Virus record (IMG/VR): IMGVR_UViG_3300017987_005501
Strand: one strand, 5' to 3'
Origin: a virus
Taxonomy: Duplodnaviria; Caudoviricetes
Length of the DNA: 64,000 nucleotides
The notes under the pieces were generated by a model, which was not told where the DNA came from, did not search any database, and saw nothing but the letters and a program-made list of their open reading frames with translations. Position numbers and translations under genes: made by a program. Position 1 is the stretch's first letter. Every line of letters starts with the position of its first letter. This document shows, in pieces, positions 17,368 through 27,294 of the stretch.

Positions 17368-17813
17368 GTACCCAAGAAGAAAAAAATGAGATGCTACGGT
17401 TATTAAAACTTGGGGATTTTATTGAAATAATAAAAAGGGGTAAGTATTACCCTACGACGTATAATCTTTATAATCAAAGTGCGATGACTGGCGAATATCC
17501 TTATTCTATCTATGGTTTTGTATGTTCTTTACCATATGCGACACACCCCAGAAAAAAAGAACAGCCGGTGGGCTATAAAATACTGTATTATGATATTATG
17601 ACAGTAAAAGGGGAGTTGAGCCCTGCAAAGGCACAGAATATAAAAACTTCCGATAGTCAAGTATTAGCTATTAAAGTACGGGGGTTAAGCGAGATTCGGA
17701 ATAATCTTGTCCATCGAAATCTTAGCAAGTTATTTAAGCCTGAAGTATTAACCCATAAAGTAGAAGCATTTAGATTAGCCGCAAAGAAATATCTTTCTTA
17801 CAAAAAAGGATAG
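17364..17813 (+). CDS. Hypothetical protein
   Basis: ATGA overlap with smpB; 149 aa. Confidence 0.65.
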   Translation: MSTQEEKNEMLRLLKLGDFIEIIKRGKYYPTTYNLYNQSAMTGEYPYSIYGFVCSLPYATHPRKKEQPVGYKILYYDIMTVKGELSPAKAQNIKTSDSQVLAIKVRGLSEIRNNLVHRNLSKLFKPEVLTHKVEAFRLAAKKYLSYKKG

Positions 17814-17818
17814 CAAAT

Positions 17819-19477
17819 ATGGAAGAAACTAAAAATTATCCTTGGCATAAAAACTGGCCAGCAGATGTCCCTAAAACAGTTAAATACGACGATATGCTTC
17901 CCATTGAGCATATTAGGAAAACTGCAAAAAAATTCCCAAACCGAACTGCGATTATATCTCACGAAGCAGAATTAACTTATAAAGAACTTAATGATAGCAT
18001 AAACTATTTTTCTGCGGGGCTTGATCGATTAGGGGTTATGAAGGATGATAGAGTTGCTATTATGCTTCATAATGGAATCGAGTTTGCTATTGCTCTTTAT
18101 GGGATTCTTGATATCGGAGCAATCGCAGTTTTAATTGACCCAACGGACTCAAGTGCGCTTCTCAAAGAAAAATTATACGAAACAGAGCCTGAGATAGTCA
18201 TTACCCATAATGCTTTATTATTAGAGCATAAAGATATTTTAATGACTAAAACAGTAATCTTAGTCCCGGATATTCAAAACTCTTTCTGGAGTTTCTGGGA
18301 ACAAGTAAAAAGCACAGTTGCAACTACCTGGTATATAATAACAGAGTCTATTAACCCTGTTCTTTACCTTCACGAACTCTTGCGCAAGAAATTATCCTTC
18401 CTCGGAATTAAAGATAAAATTTACGCGGAAGATACAGCATGCATTATTTATTCATCCGAATCAAAAGCTATAAGGCTATCCCATAAAGATTTAGCCATTG
18501 GTGCCCAACAAACCGCGGAGTGGGCTAAGACCTGGTATGCCGATAGGTTTTTATCAATCTTTCCGGTCTTTAGGAGTTTTGGGTTATCCTTCTGCCTAAA
18601 CTTACCTTTTAGCATTGGCGGAAGTGTTGTTTTAATCCCCAAGGCAAATATTGAACATATCCTTGAGACTATCCAAACTAAGCGGCCAACAATCTTAATT
18701 GGCACTTCTGGTATTTACGAAAAACTTGCATATTATAAAAAACTCAAAAATTATGACTTGTCCTCTCTTCAATTTAGTTACACAATTGATCGGGTATCCC
18801 CAGAAGTCCAAGCAAAGATTAAAGAAATCGCTCAGTGGGAATTAATTGAAGGGTACGGACTCTCGGAAGCAACAACAGTTCAATGTTGTAATATTCCTAA
18901 AAACCCTAAGGTTAATAGTATTGGGATTCCCCTCCCCAGCGTTGAAATGAAAATTGTTTCCTTAGATAATTATACGATTGATTTAGGACCGAACGAAATG
19001 GGGGAAGTTTTAATTAAAAGCCCTTCCGTAATGAAAAATTACTGGGGAATAAAGCACCACGCTAACCATATTAAAAATGAGTGGTTGCATACAAGCGACG
19101 TTGGAATGATGGACGAAGATGGATATTTCTTTATCTTCAATAAGAAAAGGGACTTAATTCGAACAAAAGTCGGTTTAATTTACCCGAAAGAAATAGAAGA
19201 AGTTTTAAATTCCCACCCTGATGTGGTAGAATGCGCCGTTGTTGGTGTACCGAAAAATGGAGTAGACTATATTGTTGCTTTAATTAAACTAGTTGAAGGG
19301 TCCGATATTACTCCTCAGGAACTTATTGGCTATTCTTCTTTAGTTTTAGATAAACATAAAATTCCTGAATATATTAAAATTACAGAACAATTGCCGAGGA
19401 GCGAAACTGGGAGATTAATGCGTAGAACTTTAAGAGCTTTAGCTGCCCAGGAAGTGAAAATAGAAAAAGAAGATTAA
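17819..19477 (+). CDS. Long-chain acyl-CoA ligase-like (AMP-binding family) protein with degenerate catalytic motifs
   Basis: FadD-like layout (YPWHKNWP, GDRVAIML-like, EGYGLSEA, LIYPKEIEEVL, ECAVVGVP), but P-loop reduced to YSSESKA and A10 Lys replaced (LPRSETGRLMRR). Confidence 0.85.
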   Translation: MEETKNYPWHKNWPADVPKTVKYDDMLPIEHIRKTAKKFPNRTAIISHEAELTYKELNDSINYFSAGLDRLGVMKDDRVAIMLHNGIEFAIALYGILDIGAIAVLIDPTDSSALLKEKLYETEPEIVITHNALLLEHKDILMTKTVILVPDIQNSFWSFWEQVKSTVATTWYIITESINPVLYLHELLRKKLSFLGIKDKIYAEDTACIIYSSESKAIRLSHKDLAIGAQQTAEWAKTWYADRFLSIFPVFRSFGLSFCLNLPFSIGGSVVLIPKANIEHILETIQTKRPTILIGTSGIYEKLAYYKKLKNYDLSSLQFSYTIDRVSPEVQAKIKEIAQWELIEGYGLSEATTVQCCNIPKNPKVNSIGIPLPSVEMKIVSLDNYTIDLGPNEMGEVLIKSPSVMKNYWGIKHHANHIKNEWLHTSDVGMMDEDGYFFIFNKKRDLIRTKVGLIYPKEIEEVLNSHPDVVECAVVGVPKNGVDYIVALIKLVEGSDITPQELIGYSSLVLDKHKIPEYIKITEQLPRSETGRLMRRTLRALAAQEVKIEKED

Positions 19478-19503
19478 TTCTACCTTGAAATTATATCGAA
19501 ATG

Positions 19504-19534
19504 CTGGACTAAATTAATGTTTAGTCCAGTTTTT
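19504..19534 (+). terminator. Intrinsic terminator
   Basis: ctggactaaa-ttaatg-tttagtccag followed by T tract. Confidence 0.75.
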
Positions 19535-19596
19535 CTTTTAATTAAGTATGTATAAATATAGTAGATAAATCATAATTTTTTTATGAGGAATATTAG

Positions 19597-21558
19597 ATGA
19601 ACATGAATGGCCAAATTATCTACCCCGACATCTCTTCACAAGAAGATGAAGATCCTCGTAGTTTATATAAACGAAACTTAGAGAATCTTAGGCGGTATTT
19701 CCCCCAGCTACATAGAAAGATTGAAGAGCTAGAAGATGACGGAACTTGCCGTACTATCGAAACAATTTCTGGCAAAAGGACTCTTCAAGTTTTAACGAAT
19801 GATGCTTGGTACAATCTTAGTACCACAGTTGATCCGCACAAAGCCGCAATCGAGAGAACACAAGCTTTACAAAAAGAGAGAAAAGAAAAAGACTTAGAAG
19901 ATTGGTTCTTCCTCGGGGTTGGCCCAGGACACGAACTTGTCGACTATTGTGCTACGGAGAAAAAAGGCTTTGTTCTTGTTTATGAGCCTAACCCACAAAT
20001 CTTTAAGAAGTCAATGGAAATCGTTGATTACTCGGCTTTCTTCAATAGAAAAGAAAAATATCTCTTCTTAACAGAAGATCGGCAAGAGTTTAGCGAGCTT
20101 TTGTTCCAGTTCCTTGCCCGAAACTTTTTACCGAATCTGACTATTTCAATTAACGAGCATGAACTTCGGGTATACCCACAAGACTTCCAAACCGTTCAAA
20201 AAGAAGTAAAAGACTGTATTAATCGCTTTATGGTTAATATAAACACAAGTGCAAAATTTGGAAAGAGATTTGCTTATAATATGCTTCGTAATGTCCCAGA
20301 AATATTAAAGACTGGGGATGAGCGTAAATACGAGAACGCATTTTCTGGAATTCCAATCATTGTCGTTGCGGCGGGGCCCTCTTTAACAGATTCCTTAGAG
20401 GACTTAAAAAGAGTTCAGAAGAAGGCTTTGATTGTTGCGGTTGATTCAGCCCTTAAACCTTTACTTGATGCCGGGATCGAACCCCACTTTGTTACGTCAA
20501 TCGATATTCAAGCCAGTAAAAGCGTTATTTATAGAGAAGTTGAAAAGGAGTATTCTGATAGCAAGTATACAGTAGCTCAAGTATTATATACCCACCCAAG
20601 GCTTACTCAAGCCCACGCCGAAGAAAGAAAGAAAATTTTCCTTTGGGTAGCCAGTCCTGTTTCTTCTTGGCTTGAGAAAAGCTTTGGGAAACACCCCGAT
20701 TTCGGGGAATGTCTAAGTTGTGCTCATGCTGCTTTCTACTTTGCGCGATTCCTAGGAGGGGACCCAATTGTCCTTGTAGGACAAGACTTGTGCCATTCAA
20801 AAGGCGACAAAGAAAGGCACGTGAAGGGAGCGATTGGAACACATAGCTCCCGTCCTGGGGCACACAGATATAATTGGGAAAAGGATCCTGGGAAATGTTT
20901 AGTTCTCGGAAATGACGGGGAACAGAAACAAAGTGTTCTATCTCTCGCTGCGTTTATTAAAACCTATGAAATTGCTATTTCCCAAACAAAGCAAAAGGTA
21001 TATAACGCAACAAGAGAAGGAGCTAAAATTGAGGGGGCTGAATGGAAACAAATAGAAGATCTTGAAAAAGATATTTTGGTTGAAAACCTTGACCTTTTTG
21101 AGAAAATAGATGGACTTCATCAGATTACAATAGATAAGGATATTGAGAGATCCTTACGGAAGGAATTAAGGCATTTCAAGGGTTTTCTAGATACGGCACA
21201 AGAGAATAATAAAGCTTTACGAAAAACATCGAAGGAAGCCCAAAAAATTCTTAAGAGAAGACATTTTACTAATGAAATAAGAACTCGCTTAGCAACCCTC
21301 GATACGACAAGGCAGCAAAAGGAAGCTGCAATTTTAGGAAACGCTAGTTATTCGGAGATGCTAAAGCAACCCTTGCTTCAGTTAAGCGTTCGCTTAAAGC
21401 TAGAGGATAAAAAAATAGCGAGAGAAACAGATCAAGTTAAAAGAGGAAATCTAATCTGTGATCGCTATCTGACCGTTACACCAGTCTTAGAAGAAACGAT
21501 TAACTTTTTCGATAAGACGCTCGATATAATTCAAAAGAAAATTAAGGAGTCGAGATAG
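19597..21558 (+). CDS. Motility-associated-factor (Maf / DUF115, MptE-like) glycosyltransferase
   Basis: [10 protein letters not shown]-terminus, [62 protein letters not shown]-terminal helical bundle. Confidence 0.8.
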   Translation: MNMNGQIIYPDISSQEDEDPRSLYKRNLENLRRYFPQLHRKIEELEDDGTCRTIETISGKRTLQVLTNDAWYNLSTTVDPHKAAIERTQALQKERKEKDLEDWFFLGVGPGHELVDYCATEKKGFVLVYEPNPQIFKKSMEIVDYSAFFNRKEKYLFLTEDRQEFSELLFQFLARNFLPNLTISINEHELRVYPQDFQTVQKEVKDCINRFMVNINTSAKFGKRFAYNMLRNVPEILKTGDERKYENAFSGIPIIVVAAGPSLTDSLEDLKRVQKKALIVAVDSALKPLLDAGIEPHFVTSIDIQASKSVIYREVEKEYSDSKYTVAQVLYTHPRLTQAHAEERKKIFLWVASPVSSWLEKSFGKHPDFGECLSCAHAAFYFARFLGGDPIVLVGQDLCHSKGDKERHVKGAIGTHSSRPGAHRYNWEKDPGKCLVLGNDGEQKQSVLSLAAFIKTYEIAISQTKQKVYNATREGAKIEGAEWKQIEDLEKDILVENLDLFEKIDGLHQITIDKDIERSLRKELRHFKGFLDTAQENNKALRKTSKEAQKILKRRHFTNEIRTRLATLDTTRQQKEAAILGNASYSEMLKQPLLQLSVRLKLEDKKIARETDQVKRGNLICDRYLTVTPVLEETINFFDKTLDIIQKKIKESR

Positions 21559-21559
21559 G

Positions 21560-23923
21560 ATGTTTCAAAAGTTCACCCGGGGGTCGAGAAAAGTTCTAAC
21601 TCTTGCTAAAGATATTGCGGCTGAATTAAACCATCCCTATATTGGGACGGAGCATTTTCTTTGGGGGTTATCCAAAGATGGAGGAAGTTTAGCTACAACA
21701 CTATTACAGCAGCATAATATTGGGCATAAGAAGATAAAAGAAGCAATTATATCTTTTATTGGTAAAGGGATTGAGGATAAGAAAAAATTAGTTGCCTTTA
21801 GTCCAAACGCAAAGAAAATTCTTGATGCTGCCTTAGACGAGGCTGAAAAAACAGCTATTAATTATATTGGGGTTGAGCACCTTCTTCTCGGAATTCTTGC
21901 TGAACCGGATTCAACTGCAGCTAAAATTTTACAGGAATTAAAGGTTGACCTTGATCTTTTGTTAGGCAGTATCCTCGAACTATTAGGAAAACCAAAAACT
22001 AAGCATAGCCCCCTAGTGGCGGATTCCCCAAAAACGAAAAAGGTTTCTCGGAAGAAAACAGAAACTCTGCCAGGGAAAGTTTCATCTTTAGAAACTTTTG
22101 GGAGGGATTTAACTGCTTATGCTGCTCTAGGAAAACTAGACCCCGTTATTGGAAGAGATGTAGAAATTTCTCGGATGATCTATATCCTTGCTCGGCGTCT
22201 TAAAAATAACCCCGTCCTTTTAGGGGAACCAGGAGTTGGTAAAACAGCTATTGTTGAAGGGTTAGCCCAAAAAATTAGTAAGGGTGAGGTTCCAAGCGAA
22301 TTATACGAAAAAAGAATTATTAGCCTAGACCTGCCGGCTACTGTTGCCGGAACAAAATATAGAGGACAGTTCGAAGAAAGATTAAAAAATATTATTCAGG
22401 AAGTCCAAGACGCTGGAAATATTATTTTATTTGTCGACGAACTTCATACAATTGTTGGGGTTGGAAATGCGGAAGGGGCCATAGACGCAAGTAATATCCT
22501 CAAGCCTATGCTATCCCGAGGGGAACTTCAATGTATTGGAGCAACAACAAATGACGAATATAGAAAATTTATTGAAAAAGATGGGGCTCTAGATAGAAGA
22601 TTCCAAACAATTCAGGTTAAGGCTCCCGCAGCAGAGGAAGCGACTGCAATCCTTGAAGGGCTTAAAAACTATTATGAATCTTATCATAAGGTAGAATACG
22701 CCCCTGGAACGTTACAACTCATGGTCGATCTCGCAGAAAGGTATATTTCTTCTGCACACCTTCCTGACAAGGCAATCGATATTCTCGATGAAGCAGGAGC
22801 AAGAGTACACCTAAAATCTGCGAAAACTGTTTATGAAAAAATGTCGGAAGAAACTCGATGTCATACCAAGGAAGAGCTTAAGGCGATAGAAAAGGAGCAT
22901 CTTGTTACAGAAGATGATGTTTTCGAGACGGTTTCACATATGGTTGGGGTGCCCTTAACAAAATTAGATAAAAATGAAGCGAAAAAGTTAATGCGAATTG
23001 AAGACACCCTCCACGAAACAGTTATTAGCCAGGACCCCGCGATAAATACGATTGCCGATGCAATCCGCAGAAATAGATCCGGCTTGAAAAATCCAAATAG
23101 GCCGATTGGAAGTTTTATCTTCGTTGGCCCTACCGGAGTGGGAAAAACTCTATTAGCTAAAAAACTGGCAAAGTTTATGTTTGGGGACGAAGAAGCCCTA
23201 ATCCAAATTGATATGTCCGAATACCTGGAAAAGTTTAACGTAAGTAGGCTTGTTGGAAGCCCTCCCGGCTATATTGGGCACGATGAAGGAGGACAGTTGA
23301 CTGAGAAAATTAGGCGAAACCCCTATTCAGTTGTTCTCTTTGATGAAATCGAAAAAGCCCATGAAGATGTTTATAACATACTCTTACAAGTTATGGAAGA
23401 GGGGAAACTAACGGACAGCTTAGGTAGAACCGTCGATTTTAGAAATACGATCTTAATTATGACAAGTAACCTTGGGACTAGGGATGCCATTACTAAAGGG
23501 CAACTAGGATTTAGTGCGAAGGACGACGTTGACGCCTCTCATGAAATTATGTGTGAAATGATACAAGAAGCTGTTGACCAGCACTTCAAGCCCGAGTTTC
23601 TAAATAGATTAGATGAAATTATTTTCTTTAAGCACCTAGAAGACGAAGACCTACTTAAAGTTGTTGATCTTGAAATTAATTATGTTCAAAAAAGATTAAA
23701 TGAGAAACGTATTAAGCTAGAGGTCCCAAAACCTGTAAAAAAATATATATTAGAGCAAGACTCTAACTCACGCTTCGGCGCACGCCCCATAAGAAGAGCA
23801 ATCGAGAAAAGAATCGAAAACGCTCTTAGTAGAGATCTAATCCAAGGAAAACTTACAGAGGGAATGACTGTTAAGATTCAACTTAAGAAAAACGAGTTGG
23901 TTTTTTCATACAAGAAGGATTAA
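21560..23923 (+). CDS. clpC: ClpC/ClpA-type AAA+ protease ATPase subunit
   Basis: Double Clp-N repeats; Walker A GEPGVGKT and GPTGVGKT; Walker B FVDELH and LFDEIEKAH; pore loops AGTKYRG and PPGYIG; LGF loop. Confidence 0.9.
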   Translation: MFQKFTRGSRKVLTLAKDIAAELNHPYIGTEHFLWGLSKDGGSLATTLLQQHNIGHKKIKEAIISFIGKGIEDKKKLVAFSPNAKKILDAALDEAEKTAINYIGVEHLLLGILAEPDSTAAKILQELKVDLDLLLGSILELLGKPKTKHSPLVADSPKTKKVSRKKTETLPGKVSSLETFGRDLTAYAALGKLDPVIGRDVEISRMIYILARRLKNNPVLLGEPGVGKTAIVEGLAQKISKGEVPSELYEKRIISLDLPATVAGTKYRGQFEERLKNIIQEVQDAGNIILFVDELHTIVGVGNAEGAIDASNILKPMLSRGELQCIGATTNDEYRKFIEKDGALDRRFQTIQVKAPAAEEATAILEGLKNYYESYHKVEYAPGTLQLMVDLAERYISSAHLPDKAIDILDEAGARVHLKSAKTVYEKMSEETRCHTKEELKAIEKEHLVTEDDVFETVSHMVGVPLTKLDKNEAKKLMRIEDTLHETVISQDPAINTIADAIRRNRSGLKNPNRPIGSFIFVGPTGVGKTLLAKKLAKFMFGDEEALIQIDMSEYLEKFNVSRLVGSPPGYIGHDEGGQLTEKIRRNPYSVVLFDEIEKAHEDVYNILLQVMEEGKLTDSLGRTVDFRNTILIMTSNLGTRDAITKGQLGFSAKDDVDASHEIMCEMIQEAVDQHFKPEFLNRLDEIIFFKHLEDEDLLKVVDLEINYVQKRLNEKRIKLEVPKPVKKYILEQDSNSRFGARPIRRAIEKRIENALSRDLIQGKLTEGMTVKIQLKKNELVFSYKKD

Positions 23924-23928
23924 GCAGC

Positions 23929-24477
23929 ATGAATATTTTTGTTTCAGACACGGATCCTCGTGTTGCCGCAAGGAATCTGGACAATAAAAGGGTCAATAAA
24001 ATGATCCTGGAATCCTCCCAAATGTTATCTCTTGCATTAGATTCATATAATATCCCAGGGCCCAAACTGCTTAAAAAAGCGCGGAAGCATCCTTGTATTT
24101 CTTGGGCTAATGCTTCTAGAGAAAACTACACTTGGCTTCTTTGGCATTTAAGGGGGCTTTTAAGTGAGTTTACATATCGACGGGGAAAAATTCATAAGTG
24201 GGAAGAGCACTATCCCATGTTAAAAGCCGGTCTCAGGTATCTTCCTAAAACCGGCTTTACTCTATTTGAAAATTGTACAAGCAAACCAACGAAAAATATT
24301 GATTTTAAGCACATTAGAAACCCAATTACAGCCTATCGTAAATATTTAATGGCACGTTGGGCAACAGACGAAATAAAGGTTGTTTGGGAAAAAAGGGGCT
24401 GTCCTTCTTGGTTAAAACAATACCTTCGAGGTCATCGGGATTATTTAAAAACCTTACGTGCTTCCTTAAAACCTTGA
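23929..24477 (+). CDS. Pyrimidine-dimer DNA glycosylase/endonuclease V-like protein
   Basis: MNIFV.D.DP..AAR.L.NKRV.KMILES.QML and HPC..W pattern of the Pyr_excise family. Confidence 0.75.
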   Translation: MNIFVSDTDPRVAARNLDNKRVNKMILESSQMLSLALDSYNIPGPKLLKKARKHPCISWANASRENYTWLLWHLRGLLSEFTYRRGKIHKWEEHYPMLKAGLRYLPKTGFTLFENCTSKPTKNIDFKHIRNPITAYRKYLMARWATDEIKVVWEKRGCPSWLKQYLRGHRDYLKTLRASLKP

Positions 24478-25493
24478 TCTACCATATTACTCATTTGAGG
24501 TTGCTCAAACTCTAACCCGTCTGCTAGAGGCTTTGCAGGGCGGATTTCAAAAATAGGTAAATACTTATTATTCGCAGTTGGCCCATCTAAAATTTCTTTT
24601 AGGTGTGCTGGCATTTGAGAAACAATCTTATCCCAACGAGCTGGAGTTAATTCTTGTCTAAAATAAGAAAAGATATTTAAGGCATAGCTTCTAAATAAGT
24701 CGTATTGGATAACCTGGTCAGATAAAAGATCAATTGTTCGTAAAAGCATCTCTGTAATCTCTGTTAAATCTGCAGAAGTTGGTCCGATGACCAGTTTACT
24801 TAATGTTACAGAAACAATTGCATCAAATTTATCGTAAAGTGGGGACTCTAATACCGCTTCAATTGGGTTAGTATCAAAAACTCCACCATCGACTAATTGA
24901 TTTCCATCTAATTCCTCTGGAGGCATAATAATTGGGATTGCGGTAGAGGCAATTAACCCTTTCCTCAACATATCAACGTCAGGATGAGTGATATTAGAAA
25001 TTGTATAAGCAATTCCTTGGGTAGCATCAACAATTCTAAAACCAATTTCAATTGGATTAGTTTTTCTTTGACCAGCGCGGATAACCGTTCTCCAATCTTT
25101 TTCAGAAACGTATTGGTCGATTAAGTCTTTTAAGGGAGAATTATCATAAATACTTGATCCTCCAGTTATCGCTTGAAGAGCCAAAACTGCAACCTCTCCT
25201 CCCAGTTTTTCAGCAATCGATTGGGTTGCCTTAATAACTTGATCCTTTATCACATTACGATAAATATACTCCAAATCTACCATATATTTTGATTCCCCAG
25301 TAATCGCAGATAAACCAAACATCGTTCCTACTAAGGATCCGGTACTGCAACCGACAATACTTTTAACTTTACGGGTTTTTTTTACTTCCCATAAATATTT
25401 TAGGACTCCTACCGTGTATGCCCCCTTTGCACCTCCCCCGGAAAGAGAAAAAGCAAGTCTTTTATTTTTGTAGTCGCTAAAAGTTTTTTCCAT
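24441..25493 (-). CDS. Patatin-like phospholipase
   Basis: LSGGGAKG oxyanion motif, GCSTG nucleophile motif, DGG; start 25493 has AAGGA RBS (alternative start 25526). Confidence 0.9.
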   Translation of the reverse strand: MEKTFSDYKNKRLAFSLSGGGAKGAYTVGVLKYLWEVKKTRKVKSIVGCSTGSLVGTMFGLSAITGESKYMVDLEYIYRNVIKDQVIKATQSIAEKLGGEVAVLALQAITGGSSIYDNSPLKDLIDQYVSEKDWRTVIRAGQRKTNPIEIGFRIVDATQGIAYTISNITHPDVDMLRKGLIASTAIPIIMPPEELDGNQLVDGGVFDTNPIEAVLESPLYDKFDAIVSVTLSKLVIGPTSADLTEITEMLLRTIDLLSDQVIQYDLFRSYALNIFSYFRQELTPARWDKIVSQMPAHLKEILDGPTANNKYLPIFEIRPAKPLADGLEFEQPQMSNMVDQGFKEARKVFK

Positions 25494-25513
25494 GGTGTTT
25501 TTCCTTATGTTTC

Positions 25514-25912
25514 TTATGTTTGCCATCTAAAAGTATCTAGGGCTTTGATTAGCCATTTTAATAATTGTTCGTCCGGAACTGGGTTTGCAACGAATTCTGG
25601 TCTTTCTTTTATCACAAGAACAACATTATCTTGAAAATTCCAAAAATCAGCATCTCCCTCTCCGATAGTATTTACAAAATAGTCGTCTAACTGTGCTATC
25701 GTTTGGCAATCTCGCCACCCCTGCTGTTCGAATACTTCATAGGTCTGCTCATCAAATCTTGGTTGGAGCCACTGATGAACTACAACTTCTGCATATTCGG
25801 GTAAAGGCAAATCCGATGGAGGATCCAGCGGTTGCGGCCCTGGGCACCCAAAACAGCTAATTAAAAATATTAAAGTTCCTAAGATTGGATAAGATAAAGT
25901 TCTTGGAATCAT
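25514..25912 (-). CDS. Putative lipoprotein
   Basis: Hydrophobic signal ending ISCFGC followed by a Pro-rich linker. Confidence 0.7.
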   Translation of the reverse strand: MIPRTLSYPILGTLIFLISCFGCPGPQPLDPPSDLPLPEYAEVVVHQWLQPRFDEQTYEVFEQQGWRDCQTIAQLDDYFVNTIGEGDADFWNFQDNVVLVIKERPEFVANPVPDEQLLKWLIKALDTFRWQT

Positions 25913-25924
25913 CTTTTTTTCCTT

Positions 25925-26812
25925 TTACGTTATGGGTTCAATGGTTGTGTAATAAGTTAAAGAACAGAGTTCCCCTCCATAGGCGATATTGTTCTGTAGG
26001 CTAATTTTTAATCTAAGGCCATAAGCAGAAGTTAAAGATTTTTTAGCTCGGTATTGAAATGGGAATCCATAAATTTCATCTGCAATTCCTCTAACGGAGC
26101 CTCCAATCGCAGGAATTACTGGATAAGCACCCATTGCTTCCTCTATAATATTTGCAATAGTCTTATAATAATCAGGTTGGAGAGGAATTAGGGAGCCCGA
26201 GGCAAGAAGACCTAACGCAACATATTCGGGGGCAAAAATACCTGCATACCCATATACAGTGGTTACTAAGGTATCGTTCATTTCAATATTTTTGCTAAAC
26301 TGAGCTTCTGCAAATTCAATATTGATAATGGTGCCCGAGCTTGGGGTCATCCACCAACCAGAGCCTCCGGCATAACTATAACTAACATGGACTGAATTTT
26401 TGGAATCTATGGCACTAGCAAAAGTAATAGTTCCTGAAGCATAATTCATTACATAGTCGCCTCCCGATTGTGCGAATGGTGTTCTTTCTGTTTTTAATAC
26501 TCCACCTACGTAAACATTTACCGAGTAGTCATGTGAAACATTTGAAACTAAACTATCCTCTTCAAAGATTTTTCCATGCGAAACATCAATAATGTTTGAA
26601 TGTGGAAGGGTCCAAACCTTACGGTCACTTCCACTTACGACGACTGCTGCACCACTTGTAACTCGCTCGGATTCTGTCCACCACGTAGTAGCGTCACAGA
26701 AATTGTGCGTTACAATAGTTTTCTCATCCCCGGATCGAAGATATGGAGAAACCTCTAATTTTCCTTCCGAATCAAATTTCCCAAATACATACGCTCCTAG
26801 TGATTCTGCCAT
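25925..26812 (-). CDS. Putative virion structural protein
   Basis: Beta-rich; GGDYVMNYASGTITFAS pattern seen in tail/baseplate proteins; lies in the fibre operon. Confidence 0.6.
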   Translation of the reverse strand: MAESLGAYVFGKFDSEGKLEVSPYLRSGDEKTIVTHNFCDATTWWTESERVTSGAAVVVSGSDRKVWTLPHSNIIDVSHGKIFEEDSLVSNVSHDYSVNVYVGGVLKTERTPFAQSGGDYVMNYASGTITFASAIDSKNSVHVSYSYAGGSGWWMTPSSGTIINIEFAEAQFSKNIEMNDTLVTTVYGYAGIFAPEYVALGLLASGSLIPLQPDYYKTIANIIEEAMGAYPVIPAIGGSVRGIADEIYGFPFQYRAKKSLTSAYGLRLKISLQNNIAYGGELCSLTYYTTIEPIT

Positions 26813-26816
26813 CTAT

Positions 26817-27293
26817 TTAATCTCCTCTCCTTATTTTTTCTATAATGCTATTATTATCGCCGTCATAAAAATCAATTATTATCCGATTTATTATAACCCC
26901 ATCAGTATCGTAGATGGTTTGCGTTTTTGTTTCTAATTGTTTCCTATTACTATAAGTATAGGTAGTCTCATCGACTAAATCGGAATAGGTCCCATCCCCG
27001 TTATCCGTATAATAAAAAGATTCCTTTATTACTAACCCCTTGCTTTTTTCGATTACCTTATATTTTCTTTCGTACACCCTTCCAGTTCCTTGAGGGGCGG
27101 CATTAATTAACGAAGCAAGAGCTGTTTTTTCATCATTTGTTAATGCTCGTTCAAACCACACATCGGTTTGAGGAGAACCCCCTGCAGTAGAATTAATGAA
27201 AAGTAATTCTGCTTGGATATCAGTATCTGCTTGAATACTTTCAGTTAGTATCCGGCAATTTACAAATCTAGAATACGTTTCTTTTTCTGCCAT
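26817..27293 (-). CDS. Hypothetical protein in fibre operon
   Basis: 158 aa; Tyr/Thr-rich beta strands; tight operon spacing. Confidence 0.65.
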   Translation of the reverse strand: MAEKETYSRFVNCRILTESIQADTDIQAELLFINSTAGGSPQTDVWFERALTNDEKTALASLINAAPQGTGRVYERKYKVIEKSKGLVIKESFYYTDNGDGTYSDLVDETTYTYSNRKQLETKTQTIYDTDGVIINRIIIDFYDGDNNSIIEKIRRGD

Positions 27294-27294
27294 T

